In this document: in pieces, positions 9,489-20,000 of the stretch
Numbering within the stretch: position 1 is the first letter of the stretch
Layout of the letters: each line of letters opens with the position of its first letter
DNA from: Vezdaea acicularis
Lineage: Eukaryota
Direction: 5' to 3'
Assembly (NCBI GenBank): GCA_026025075.1
Contig: JAPEUI010000083.1
Location: forward strand, 57,873 to 77,872
DNA: 20,000 nucleotides
Made by a program: the position numbers and the translations under genes
Notes under the pieces: generated by a model
What the model saw: only the letters and a program-made list of their open reading frames with translations
The model's database searches: none
What the model was told of the DNA's origin: nothing

Positions 9489-12095
9489 TTAGAGGGCTAT
9501 AGAATATAAACGCAAGGTCGAATCTTCACTAGCTACAGCAAGCTCATGCAGCATCCCTTTAGAACTCGAGGGCGTATAGGTTGATGTGTGCGGTGAAGAA
9601 TCTCGTTCCGAGGGCCTCCAAGCAATCTGCGTGACTGGCCTGCTTGGGCAGATGCTACTCTGAAGTGAGTTTCACAAGAACTGCTGTGGAGTCTAAGAGG
9701 GGCAAACCTTATATCAAGAGAATACTTCTCCACCTCGGATGAACTTTGCAAAGCCAATGTGCCAATGGTAAGAGATCCGTCCTCGCATCCAATAGCCAGG
9801 ATATGGCATTCGTCAACGGGAGAGGGCAGAAAGTCAATTGCTGTGACTGGCATATCCATGGGTACTGTATTCCGAAGTATGAAACCTTCCGCCGAGTGAA
9901 TCCAAATCTTCACAGTTTTGTCCCTGCTCGCAGTAGCAAACATCCTCCCCCAGAAGTCCGGAGCCCACGCTGCATCAAGGATCATTCTCGAATGCGCTTT
10001 CTCTTTAATTTTGACCACCTTATAGGTCTCGGAGTGTGCTGCATCCCTTTCGAAGAGGGCCCACTGGCGATCACGACCAACGCTTAGGAGGTACTGGTCG
10101 TCTTGCGTAAACCTTAGCCTAGTCACGGTCAAGGAGTGAGCAGTTAGGGGGGGCTTGACCTCAAGCCATTCTGTTGTGTCGTATAGCCTGATTACTGCGT
10201 GACCTATCGAGCTTGCACGGCACGCTGTAGCTATGACTTTCCCATCGTGAGAGGCTGCTAGAGCTGATATTTCATACCCGTGCCCGTAAAGCTTCTCAAG
10301 CTCGGGCCAAAGGGTATAGCGAGAAAGGTGGTCTTCTAATGGAGGCATATTGATACCAAAGAGAGGATTTTCTGCATGAGATGCTCCACTGCCTGCTTCT
10401 TGACTAGGTTCTGGAGGAATAGGGGCTGTGACCTCCTGGCTTGGTGTTTCTACAACCTTATTAGATAAGCCTAGGGCTGGTATACTAGCAGCTTCGGGCA
10501 AAGACTCGTTTGAACCTTCTTCGAGGCCACATAACCGTTGGAGCATTGTGGAAACTGCTCTGGGCTTATCAAAGACTCGCAGAAGTTTTTCGTCTGCACC
10601 GGAAACAAATCGATCTGGGCCAAGTGAGTCAACGCAATTTAGATCATAACCATGAATTTGCGGCCTAGAGAATTCGTGCCAAGATTTGCTCTTCAACTGT
10701 GAATGCAGTCTGGTCGTTTGATCGGAGCTATGGGAAGTCAGCACCGCACGTAATCGTGTTTTTATTGACTGCATACCTTGTAGAGAGAAGATAGCCGCCA
10801 TCTTTCGACCATGAAATACCCGTGACACTTTTGAGGTGCCCTGAGATCCCTGGCCGTTGGACCCACTGGCCGTTCTCCCGATCAAATACCCAGAGCCTCC
10901 AGCTACCGGTTCTTCCCAGGCTTACGATCATGTCCTCTGTAGGACACCACAGACCGTTCCAAAACCCCCCAGTGCTGCCAGTTGCTGTAGTTGAGCCTTT
11001 CTGTACGCTGATTTCTCCTAGTCTTATCACGGAGATCCATACCCCTGACGTCGGGTCCGACTCCCAGATTGACATTGAATTATCGGAAGATGCTGAGAGG
11101 AGTTGTAACTTTCCGAGTCTGAATACCCATGAAGCCGTATAGACCCAGTCCTCGTGCCCGAGGAGTAGTGCTTCGAACTGAGCTGAATATACTCGCCCGT
11201 ACGCTTCGAAGCGATGTGCTTTGTTCGAAAGCAGCTTTCCGAAGGAGCCTCCGAGCCGCTTCAATTCCCCCTCGTTCCCTGAAGGCACGACCTCGTCCTG
11301 ATGGATTCGCCATAAGCGTACGTACTTGTCTTGACTCGCCGACGCAAGCAGAATATCACCTCGACCAGTCTCATTTTCAGGAGTGAATGCTAGAGACCGT
11401 ATCCATCCGTCATGTCCGGCCAGAGTTACTTTAAGCTCGAACCTTGGAGTTGACTCGGTAATGTTGGCGGCATAGACCTGGATGATATTCTTTGTTCCTG
11501 CTACAGCGAGAAGACAAGCCCCATCAGATTTGTAAGAAGAACTGAGAGCCAGTGCCAGAGGAAGGAATCGAGGGGCCAAGGTGATCGACTGAATAACTAT
11601 AGCTTCAACCTTCTCCGGCCCATCTGATGTTTTCCATATCTTGAGAACCCCATCAGCTGATCCAGTTACAAATAGATCTAGTTCTGGGGCAACTGCGAGA
11701 ATGTGTATAGTGTTCTCATGATCAGAAAGTGTAGATACGGTCTTGAACTCCGGAGGACAATCATTGCTTTGCTGCCATAGGCGCACCGATCTGTCAACAG
11801 ACCCGCTAATGATGATTCTCCCATGACGGGGACTCCTGAAAAATTTGACAGCATTGACATTATCCGTATGGCCTCTCAGTACCGTTTGTATGCTGCAATG
11901 TCTTTCGCTCTATCGACTTTGTTAGTCACTTGAACCAGGGGGAAAAGACCCCCACACCAGTACCGCTGAATCCCATAGAGCTACGTTTCTGTCACACCCG
12001 AATGCGAGTAAACTGCTGTCGGGGTCGTAATCTGCCGCTGAAGGGTGACCGTTTCCGCCAGCGGCGACGTGGGCTACCTTTACGTTGGTCACCAT
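9489..12095 (-). CDS. ELP2: Elongator complex subunit 2 (WD40), 816 aa; exons 12095-11964, 11909-10777, 10727-9708, 9654-9489
   Basis: Introns 11963-11910, 10776-10728 and 9707-9655 are all GT..TAG and give one continuous frame of 2451 nt. Motifs: AGGNGHP..LAFG, GHDGWIRSLAF, LASASQDKYVRLWRI, FEALLLGHEDWV, STSSDQTTRL, WHEFSRPQIHGYD, SGADEKLLRVF, LWPELEKLYGHGYEI, HSLTVTRLRF, and C-terminal LAVASEDSTLRLYSI. Confidence 0.96.
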
Positions 12096-12237
12096 TCAAT
12101 TCGCTCCTTGAATGGAATTCCCGAGTTTCCCTTTTTCAGATATAGAAGGCCAAATCAACTCTAGCACGAGCGTGCGCCCCAATATTGCCAATATTTGCGG
12201 CTTTCTTTAGCATCTAAGACAGTCTACGGCATATCAA
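12096..12237. promoter_or_regulatory. Compact bidirectional promoter region shared by ELP2 and URM1
   Basis: 142 bp separate the divergent ATGs. It contains a central inverted repeat GCACG-AG-CGTGC (12164-12175) and tandem CCAATATT (12179-12186, 12188-12195). Confidence 0.75.
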
Positions 12238-12717
12238 ATGGCTACTGCTGATAGTCAAGTTCGCAATGACAGGCATGGAGACTCGATTGGAATAATTGTT
12301 GAGTTTGCGTATGCACCTCCTAACATTTGATACTTCCTAGGCAGAAGGTTTGAGAAGCTGACGCTCTGTACAGCGGAGGTTTAGAGATGCTTTTCTCAAA
12401 TGCTCGGCGGTTGGAGATTTCGCTCCCTACTAAGGACGAAAATGGTCATGTCTACAATATAGCTTCCCTCGTACAACATTTGTGCAAGGATATAATGAAG
12501 GACAAACGAAAGGAACTATTCATGTTGGACGGAACAGTGTATGTCTCTCTTGGTACATAAACGTACTTCTTCTACTCTAATGCGCCATGCGTTTCTTAGC
12601 CGCCCAGGTATCCTCGTATTGGTCAACGAGGCCGACTGGGAACTTGAAGGGGGTGATGCTTATGAGTTGAAAAGCGGTGATCACATCCTCTTCGTTTCTA
12701 CGCTTCACGGAGGTTAG
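12238..12717 (+). CDS. URM1: Ubiquitin-related modifier 1 (sulfur carrier for tRNA U34 thiolation), 117 aa; exons 12238-12308, 12374-12538, 12600-12717
   Basis: Manual translation: ...[15 protein letters not shown]...[31 protein letters not shown]...[10 protein letters not shown]. Introns 12309-12373 (GTATGC..CTGAC..CAG) and 12539-12599 (GTATGT..CTAAT..TAG). Not in the supplied ORF track. Confidence 0.97.
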
Positions 12718-13211
12718 CAAAACATAGTCCGCTAGGTTTGGCGGTGACACTCAAATTTCGAGAGGTCCTTCACGAACTTATCAGGCTGAAATATGCAAAT
12801 TTTGAACCTTCTCAGAGTGGTATCTTGTTGATTTTGTACATATTTGACCAGAAGTAGCTCTGTAGAGCCAACCTGAGAAAAGCCGGAAACGCGCCGTTCA
12901 TAGCTTTCCATAAGAAACTACATTTCGAACCCATTTGGAACTTCCTTCAACCGCTCTAACAAAGGAGTCGATGCAGGAAAATTCTATACACAATGATTCT
13001 CTTCACCGCTAATGCAGAAACCCAATGGGAGTTCACGGGCCATGACCCAACGTCAGATGCTCTCATAAGACGGAGATAACTAGCCAGACCTCCCCCGAAT
13101 GCACAAAATAGTAAAACAGCATGAAGAATGTAGATCGAAATCCGATGCATGCCTAGTCGAAAGAGTCGAGGTTCGAGAGAGGTTGAGATGAACCTCAAGG
13201 ACAAATCAAGT

Positions 13212-14451
13212 CTAGAATGGAATCGCAGGAGGAGCGGGCGGTGCACCAGTCCTCTCCTGAATTTCCATCATTTCTTCGCTCGAGGCTTCAATAGAAACCG
13301 CAAGCCCGATTTTCGCTTGGTTCTATCATCACGGTCGAGTCAGCGCCATGTAACATGTTAAGCAGGCATGAAGCAAGCATGATATCTAGAAACACAATAA
13401 AGATCTGCACATACCTTAGAATGATCCATATCTCCGGCGAACGTAACCCTGACGGCAGGAGCAATACTTTTTTCGAGGAGACAACTTATTTTGCCGGTGC
13501 TGTCAACCTGCGCTCGAAAGCTAGACGCACGATAGTCCCACTTTGCACCAAGTGTAGTTACGCCTTCTCTTTGCAGACCGCCACCCATTAAACCTCCCCC
13601 GCGGCTGCCTAACCCAAGGTTCATGTCCACACCAGCTTCTACCTTGTCTGACAGTCGACGCCAGTATGATGTTTTCAAAGCACCTTGAGCTTGAAGATTT
13701 GCACTAGCGATCCAGTCGTTCCCTCTGTACTTGGCACAATAGTTGACTACTGATTCGGGGCCCATATTGACGGCCTGCCGCTGCCAGACAGCTTCTAAAC
13801 CAAGTGCGAGACTCGGAGTGACGGATTGCATGTAACTACCGACTAGGATACCCGTCAACCCTCCTTCAAGTATGGAAGGGTTGAGGGACTTGAGTGAAGC
13901 TGTAAAGTCCTTCCCGGTGTAGTCATTGTCGAGCTGCAACATAGCTTGTGCTGCACCAGGAGCTACCTGGACATTTGTCTTAGTCACAAACGATGGAGTC
14001 CATTTATAATTTGCCCGCGCGCTAAGTGCACCCTCATTATCAATGTTGCCTTGCATGAAAACCTAAGGAAAGATTAGAGTGGCTCGATTCAAAGTTGAAG
14101 TAATGGGACGGCCAAGGCCAACAAGTAGTAGTAGCTTGCCTTTTCAGTTCCATAGAGCCCAGAAAATGTATAAGGCGGAAGACCTTGAGCACCCATTGCA
14201 AAGCCATGCGACACCTGAAAAAGAGGCGTTGCGCTGAATGATTTGGTCAAGTCCGCGCGCAACCCCGTGAACATTGATCGCGACAGGAAAACGCCATCCT
14301 CAACTTCTCTTGCTATACCTTCCGTTGTTCCAGGGTTTGGCAACCCCAATGCTTCTCTCCGAGCTGAGTATGAAGACCAAACATCTCGTAAAGCTCCAAT
14401 TACGGCGTTATTGTACAGAAAGCTACCAGGCGAGGCTTTCTGATCCGCCAT
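13212..14451 (-). CDS. TOM40: Mitochondrial outer membrane translocase channel Tom40, 356 aa; exons 14451-14140, 14062-13415, 13322-13212
   Basis: Motifs: RREALGLPNPGT, FTGLRADLTK, PLFQVSH, VFMQGNID, DYTGKDFTASLK, YMQSVTPSLALGLE, FRAQVDSTGK, QAKIGLAVSIE, and C-terminal IPF. Intron 1 14139-14063 is GC..TAG; intron 2 13414-13323 is GT..TAG. Confidence 0.97.
14063..14139 (-). other. Non-canonical GC-AG intron (TOM40 intron 1)
   Basis: The minus strand reads GAA AAG|GCAAGC...CTAAT CTTTCCTTAG|GTT TTC ATG, which joins YGTEK to VFMQGN in phase 0. Confidence 0.85.
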
Positions 14452-14921
14452 CCTGGACAGGAGATGTTGAATTATTTAAGCAGCTTCCTGTTGCAAGGAA
14501 GTAAACATTAAATTACCAACGAACAGAAATTGAAAAGAGAGGCGAAAAAGAAGTAGAGCGTAGGGCGACCGGTGTTGACTTAACGGAATGAGAATCTCTT
14601 GGGTACGAGGAAACTTATGATGCGTATCAAAAGTTTAGGAGTTGAGCAGAGAATATTTTGTTAGAGACGAATGTTACTCAGAAGTGCGTATATTTCCGCA
14701 TGACTGGCCGGCAGGGCAGTGATAGGGCTCGCGTCCGCGAACAATACTTTTCTGTGTGATGACTCAGCCCTATACGCGAAAATTAACACAACGACTCCTG
14801 ACGATTTCTAGTCGTGTCGAAAACTCAACTCGACTAAGAGGCATATATCACCAACACCCCTCCCGAGCTACGAGGCACCAAGATCAGCTCTAGGCATTCA
14901 TTTTGATTGAACTCATCAAAT
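14452..14921. promoter_or_regulatory. Divergent promoter region between TOM40 and eIF3a with a Gcn4/CpcA/AP-1-type TGACTCA site
   Basis: 470 bp separate the divergent ATGs; TGACTCA is at 14760-14766. Confidence 0.5.
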
Positions 14922-17900
14922 ATGGCGCCTCCACCTCAAACAAGACCCGAGAACATGATGAAGAGGGCGCAGGAGTTAATTGCGGTTGGGCAATCCTCGG
15001 CAGCCCTGGCTTCACTTCACGACTTCGTCACTTCGAAGAGATCAAGGAATAACCCCATCACATCGATGGAACCGGTGATGATGTTGTTTGTGGAACTATG
15101 CGTAGACTTAAGGAAAGGAAAGCAGGCCAAAGATGGTCTATACCAGTACAAGAACACCGCACAAAACACGAACGTTCAAACAATAGAAGTAAGTCATCGG
15201 ATGTACTTTCGTTGGAACAGGAGGTACTGACGTTTCTGCAGCTTGTATTTGGAAAGTTTATGGAGCTCGCGGAGCAGAAGGTCACTGAGGCCCAAGCTCT
15301 GGCGGACGAGCATCAATCAACGCTTGAGTCGAAAACGCTGTCAAGCAATGTAGATGATTTGGAAGCCCTTGAAACTCCAGAGTCGATTCTTCTCTCGACA
15401 GTATCCGGGGAGCAGTCGCGAGATCGAACTGATCGAGCAATCGTCACACCATGGCTCAAATTTCTTTGGGAGACCTATCGAACTGTTCTCGACATCCTAA
15501 GGAATAACGCTCGTCTTGAGCTCAAGTATATGACTACCGCCTTCCAAGCATTTAAGTTCTGCTCGAAATATCAACGAAAGACAGAATTCCGAAGACTTTG
15601 TGAGTTGCTGCGAAATCATCTGCAGAACGCGGCAAAATACTCGCAACAGAACCATGCTATCAATCTTAGCGAGGTTGATACTCTGCAGCGACATCTAGAC
15701 ACTCGCTTTCAGCAACTAGAAGTTGCCGTAGAACTTGAGCTATGGCAGGAGGCTTTCCGAAGTGTCGAAGACATCCATAATCTCCTAAGCCTCAGCAAAC
15801 GTGGGGCAAAGAACGTTATGATGGCGAATTACTACGAGAAGCTTACAATCATTTTCCTCAAAAGCGAGAATTACCTTTTTCATGCCGCAGCATGGAGCCG
15901 GTACTACAACCTTCTTCGATCTTCAGCAAATTCAATGGCAGCAGGCCTGAGTACTAAGAAAGACAACCCGCCCATCTCTGAAGATATCATGAGCAACGCT
16001 GCCTCTTTCGTCCTTCTTTCGGCTCTGTCTATTCCCGTGATAAGCACATCGCGGTCTCGTGGCGCGCTGGTTGACGTCGACGAAGCCAAGAAGAACAAGA
16101 ACACCCGCCTCACCAACCTCCTTGGCATGTCTCAAGCACCAACCAGAGCTGTTCTTTTCAAGGACGCCATGAGCAAAGGATTACTAAAGCGTGCGAAACC
16201 AGAAATCCGAGAACTTTACGACATTCTTGAAGTCGATTTCCATCCTCTATCCATCTGCAAGAAAATATCTCCTATCTTGATCAAAATCGGCAACGACGAA
16301 GAGATGAAGCGATATGTTGCACCTCTCCAGCAGGTCATCCTCACTCGCCTGTTTCAACAGCTTTCTCAGGTCTATGAATCGGTAGAACTATCCTTCGTCT
16401 ACAAGCTTGCCCAATTCCCCGAGCCTTTCCAAGTCAGTACAGCGACGATCGAGAAGTTCATAATGAATGGCTGCAAGAAAGGAGACCTCTCCATTCGAGT
16501 GGACCACGCAACGGGCCATCTTGCCTTTGACTCTGATGTCTTTTCTTCTGCAAAAGCGCTTCATGCGGGATCAAGCGTAGGATCCGCGGAAAGCGAGACT
16601 AGCTCTATCCAAAAGCTCCAGAGTACGCCTGCTGAGATCGTCAGGTCACAGCTCACTCGTCTAGCTAAGTCGCTGTTCGTAACATGCCAGTATGTAGATC
16701 CTTCTTTCAACGCTGCCCGTTCGAAGGCGAAAGAGGAGGCAATGCAGAGGGCCAGGTTGGGAGCTCAAAAGGAGCATGACGAAGCTTTGGCCAGGAGAGC
16801 TATCATCGAGAAGAAGAAGGAAGCTGCATCATCCGCGCTTGCTCAAAAAGAGCAAGAGGAGGCAAAGGCCAAACGGGTTCGTGCCCAGAAGCTTCAAGAG
16901 GCCGAGTCTCAGCGTCTCAAGGATGAGCAGGCGGAACGTGAGCGAAAACGACTGAAGGCCGAGCAAGACCGCATTCGTCAGAAGGAGCTAGAGAAGCAGT
17001 TGGAAGACCTCAAAGGAGCGGGTGGAATCGACCTTACCGATATCAATACTGAGGATCTCGACAGCGGCCGTCTGCGGGCGATGAAGCTGGCACAACTCGA
17101 AAAGGAGAAGAATGAGCTCAACGAGCGACTACGTGTGACTGGAAAACGGATCGATCATCTTGAACGTGCATTTCGTCGAGAAGAGGCCAAGCTCCTACCA
17201 AAGGATTATGAGGAGCAAAAGAAGCACGACATGGCTGCGTATGAGAAGCAAACTGCTCAAATACTCAGGGACGCCAAGCAGAAGCATGAGGATGATCTGC
17301 TCTTGAAGCACCGTCTAACTAGACTGGTTCCTACCTACGAAAAATTCCGCGACGACATCCGAGAACGACGTCACGAGGAATTCGCGGCCAATCGCAAAGC
17401 TGCCGAGAAGGAGCTCCAAAAGCAGATGGAGAAGCGTCGTGCCGAATTCCGTGCGAAGAAGGCCCGGGCCAAACGTGAGCGTGAGGAGCAAGAGCGGCTG
17501 GCTCAGGAAGAAAAGGAAAGACTAGCTCAGGAAGAAGAAGAGCGGGCTGCGAAGGCCGAAGAAACACGGCGTCAAATGGCCGAACGAAAGGCGCAGAGGG
17601 AGGAAGAAAATAAGTATATACCCTCAAGCCCGCTCCTTATTAAGTGCATTGCTAATCTCTGACATCCATAGGAAACGAGACGAGATCGCCGCCAGGCAAC
17701 GCGAAGCAGAAGAAAGAGCTGAAGCTCGCCTCCGCGCTCAAAAAAGCGAATCCCGACCCGCCGAACGCGCCCCACAACGCATGACCGAACGCACTGACTC
17801 TGGCGAACGCAGGCGCCCAGTCATTGCCCTTGCGGGTAAGGTCCCATCATGGCGCGAACGGGAAGAAGCCAAGAAAGCTGCCGAAGTCACTGGCACCGCA

Positions 17901-18263
17901 CCACCCTCTACAGGCCGCTCCGAATCCCCCGCAACAACAGCAAGCCCAGCACCTGCCAACGGCGCTGCTCCTGTCAGAGCTCCAGGCAAATTCATCCCAC
18001 CGCCCCTCCGCAACGATGGGGCACAACGCGGCCGCAACGAGAACCCCCGGTCGATTCGTGGAGAGAGTCCTGCCTCGGATAGGATAGCACCGCCGCTCAG
18101 AGTTGGTTCGAATCTTGGTTCGAGGATGCGCGATGGCCAGAGCCCCGTTCCGCGGGACGATTCGCCCGCTGCGGCATTCTCGCCTGCGCCGCCTGCCGCG
18201 AGTGAGGGCGGGCCAGCGAAGTATAGGCCGGGAGCGTTTAAACAGAGTAAGGTCCAGCAGTAG
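14922..18263 (+). CDS. TIF32: Eukaryotic translation initiation factor 3 subunit A, 1076 aa; exons 14922-15188, 15242-17613, 17672-18263
   Basis: Motifs: [77 protein letters not shown], a PCI region, a long coiled coil with [12 protein letters not shown], and a low-complexity tail. Introns 15189-15241 (GTAAGT..CTGAC..CAG) and 17614-17671 (GTATAT..TAG) restore the frame. Confidence 0.97.
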
Positions 18264-18868
18264 GTACGCAGGAAGAGGATGAGGAGCAGCAGCAATTTGG
18301 GTGGGGGACTTGGTAGTGGTAGTGGTAGGAAGAGAGGATTTCCTTCTGTGCCATCTCCTTGATCTTGTACTTCAATTATACCGATGAGCCTTCGCTGGGC
18401 ACTGTTTTTTCGCCAGCTGTGGCTTACTAATACAAGGGGTGAAGTAGATGTGGGCTGCTGAGGGAAGAGCGAGTGGAAGAGGGACCAAGCTGGAGAAGGG
18501 AGAGTTTTGCTTTCGATACAAGACATGTTTTCATCAAGAAGAATTTGGCAAAGGGCCCTCTTTTCTCCCGATTTCGTGTCACTTTTCCTTTTTCATTTGC
18601 TTGCCGCTTTACGGATTGTCACCACCATTTCCCTTTCGTTCCCCCTGTTTCTGCTCCCAACGATCCTTCGTCGTGGATTCAGGAGACCGCCCATCTACAC
18701 CCGCCTTTCCCATCTCCTCACCTCGTTGGATTTCTTTTTTTTTTCCCTTGCGCAAGAGATTGTATTCGCCTGCTGTGTCCGCTGTACTTCTAGTTCTCAT
18801 AGCTCTCGGGGGGAAGTGGGATAGGGGCTTGTAATATGCGAAGAACACTATTTTCGTGGATGTGGGTC

Positions 18869-18917
18869 TGTGTGTGTCTCTGCGTGCGTGTGTGTGCATG
18901 TGTCAGAGACAGAGAGA
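18869..18917. repeat. Imperfect (TG)n/(AG)n microsatellite
   Basis: tgtgtgtgtctctgcgtgcgtgtgtgtgcatgtgtcagagacagagaga. Confidence 0.6.
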
Positions 18918-19816
18918 AAGGCTGGATCCAGCAATGTCATGGGCTTGGGCATGGCATTCGAAACAAAAAGTCCTATCTGATCCCTCTCCCCCTCCCACCG
19001 CCACAACGCCAGGGTATATACGTGACGATATGTACTGCATTCTACTCCCGCCAGCTCAATGAATTCGGAGGATTTGTTCATCCAGCCAGCCAGCCGCCGT
19101 ATCATTTGTATGCATGTCAAAGGTTTCACGAGGCGGACTACGCACTAACTACGAAGAGTAATCGAACAACAGTCGAATAACCCGGCTGATGGGAAAGTTA
19201 GACAATTAAAGTATGCACAACGTCAAGGCTCTTGTGGGGGCAGGCGGCGGCGGGTTTCCACGGCTTAGCTCATCTCATCCCATCTCATGTCAAGAAGATG
19301 AATAAGTTCTTCGGTTAGTAGTGTACAAGTACGTAAACCATCCGCGTTTGCGGACGGGAGGGGATGAAGTGGTTGGTCGGTTAGAGCGCGAGAGCCGCTG
19401 GTGAAGGACAAAGAGCCATTGGCGTGGGGGGAGGGATGGGAGAGGAGAGAAGGCTAGATGTGGCGGGTGTGGTGTGGTGGGTTTGGGTAAGCTTTTGGGG
19501 ATCTTCGGATTTTTTTGTTGCTGGTTGCGAGATGTGTGTGTGTGGTGTGAGGAGGGATGGACGACTGGGGGAGCGTGGAAGGAGGGGAGGAAAGAGGGTC
19601 ATGCGTTCTTTCGTCCATCTCTTCTGTCGAGTGTAGTATGAATGCGTGGAAGGGAGGACAGATGTGATATCGCCAAGCCCATCGCCGGCGAGCACTATGT
19701 ATGGGATCAACATGCTCAACTTCGTCCGAGTTCCGAATTTCGAGCCGAAACGCACTCATCCGAACGCCGAATCGAGAACGAAAGCAAGTCCATCACATCA
19801 AGAACATCTGAGTCAC

Positions 19817-19872
19817 CCCTCCCTCCCTCTCTCCCTCCCTCCCTCTCTCCCTCCCTCCCTCTCTCCCTCCCT
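19817..19872. repeat. Pure pyrimidine tandem repeat (CCCTCCCTCCCTCTCT)x3.5
   Basis: Perfect 16-bp units at 19817, 19833 and 19849, plus a half unit at 19865-19872. Confidence 0.95.
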
Positions 19873-20000
19873 TTCGCCGGCGCCCGACACCACATACATC
19901 AACACATCATCGAATACACCATGCATTGGGCGCCGCATCGAAAAAAGTCAAAATGGGAGATGCAGGATAGTCGCCGTTGCAGCGTCGCGCAATGGATGGA

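Noticed and set aside
9533..10885. ORF-track segments 9533-10885 and 10728-11786 as two separate WD40 genes
   Set aside because: They are exons of a single ELP2 gene joined by a 49-nt intron.
19631..19638. GTGTAGTA, the U2 snRNA branch-pairing sequence
   Set aside because: The flanks do not match U2 (no AAGATCAA upstream or TCTGTTCTT downstream).
18448..19759. ORFs in the terminal 1.5 kb
   Set aside because: They are translations of microsatellite and purine/pyrimidine-biased sequence with no protein-like motifs.

Overview
Gene-dense genomic DNA from a filamentous ascomycete (Pezizomycotina), with short spliceosomal introns carrying GT(A/G)NGT-type donors, CTRAC/CTAAT branch sites and YAG acceptors. 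Gene order: HSP90 (5'-truncated, +), a PHO4/NUC-1/PalcA bHLH phosphate regulator (+, 3 exons), an orphan ORF with C-terminal 18-bp repeats (+), CAF16 ABC ATPase (+), ELP2 (-, 4 exons), URM1 (+, 3 exons, absent from the ORF track), TOM40 (-, 3 exons, one GC-AG intron), eIF3a/TIF32 (+, 3 exons), then about 1.7 kb of low-complexity non-coding DNA. Three observations stand out. (1) ELP2 and URM1, from the two arms of the tRNA wobble mcm5s2U34 pathway, are head-to-head across only 142 bp with a central palindrome. (2) Six CTATTG motifs, including one exact CTATTGAG MAT1-1-1-type site, cluster before a TATA box upstream of the orphan gene, whose best-context ATG is followed by a premature stop. (3) TOM40 intron 1 uses a GC donor. 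All exon models were assembled by hand; no database searches were run.
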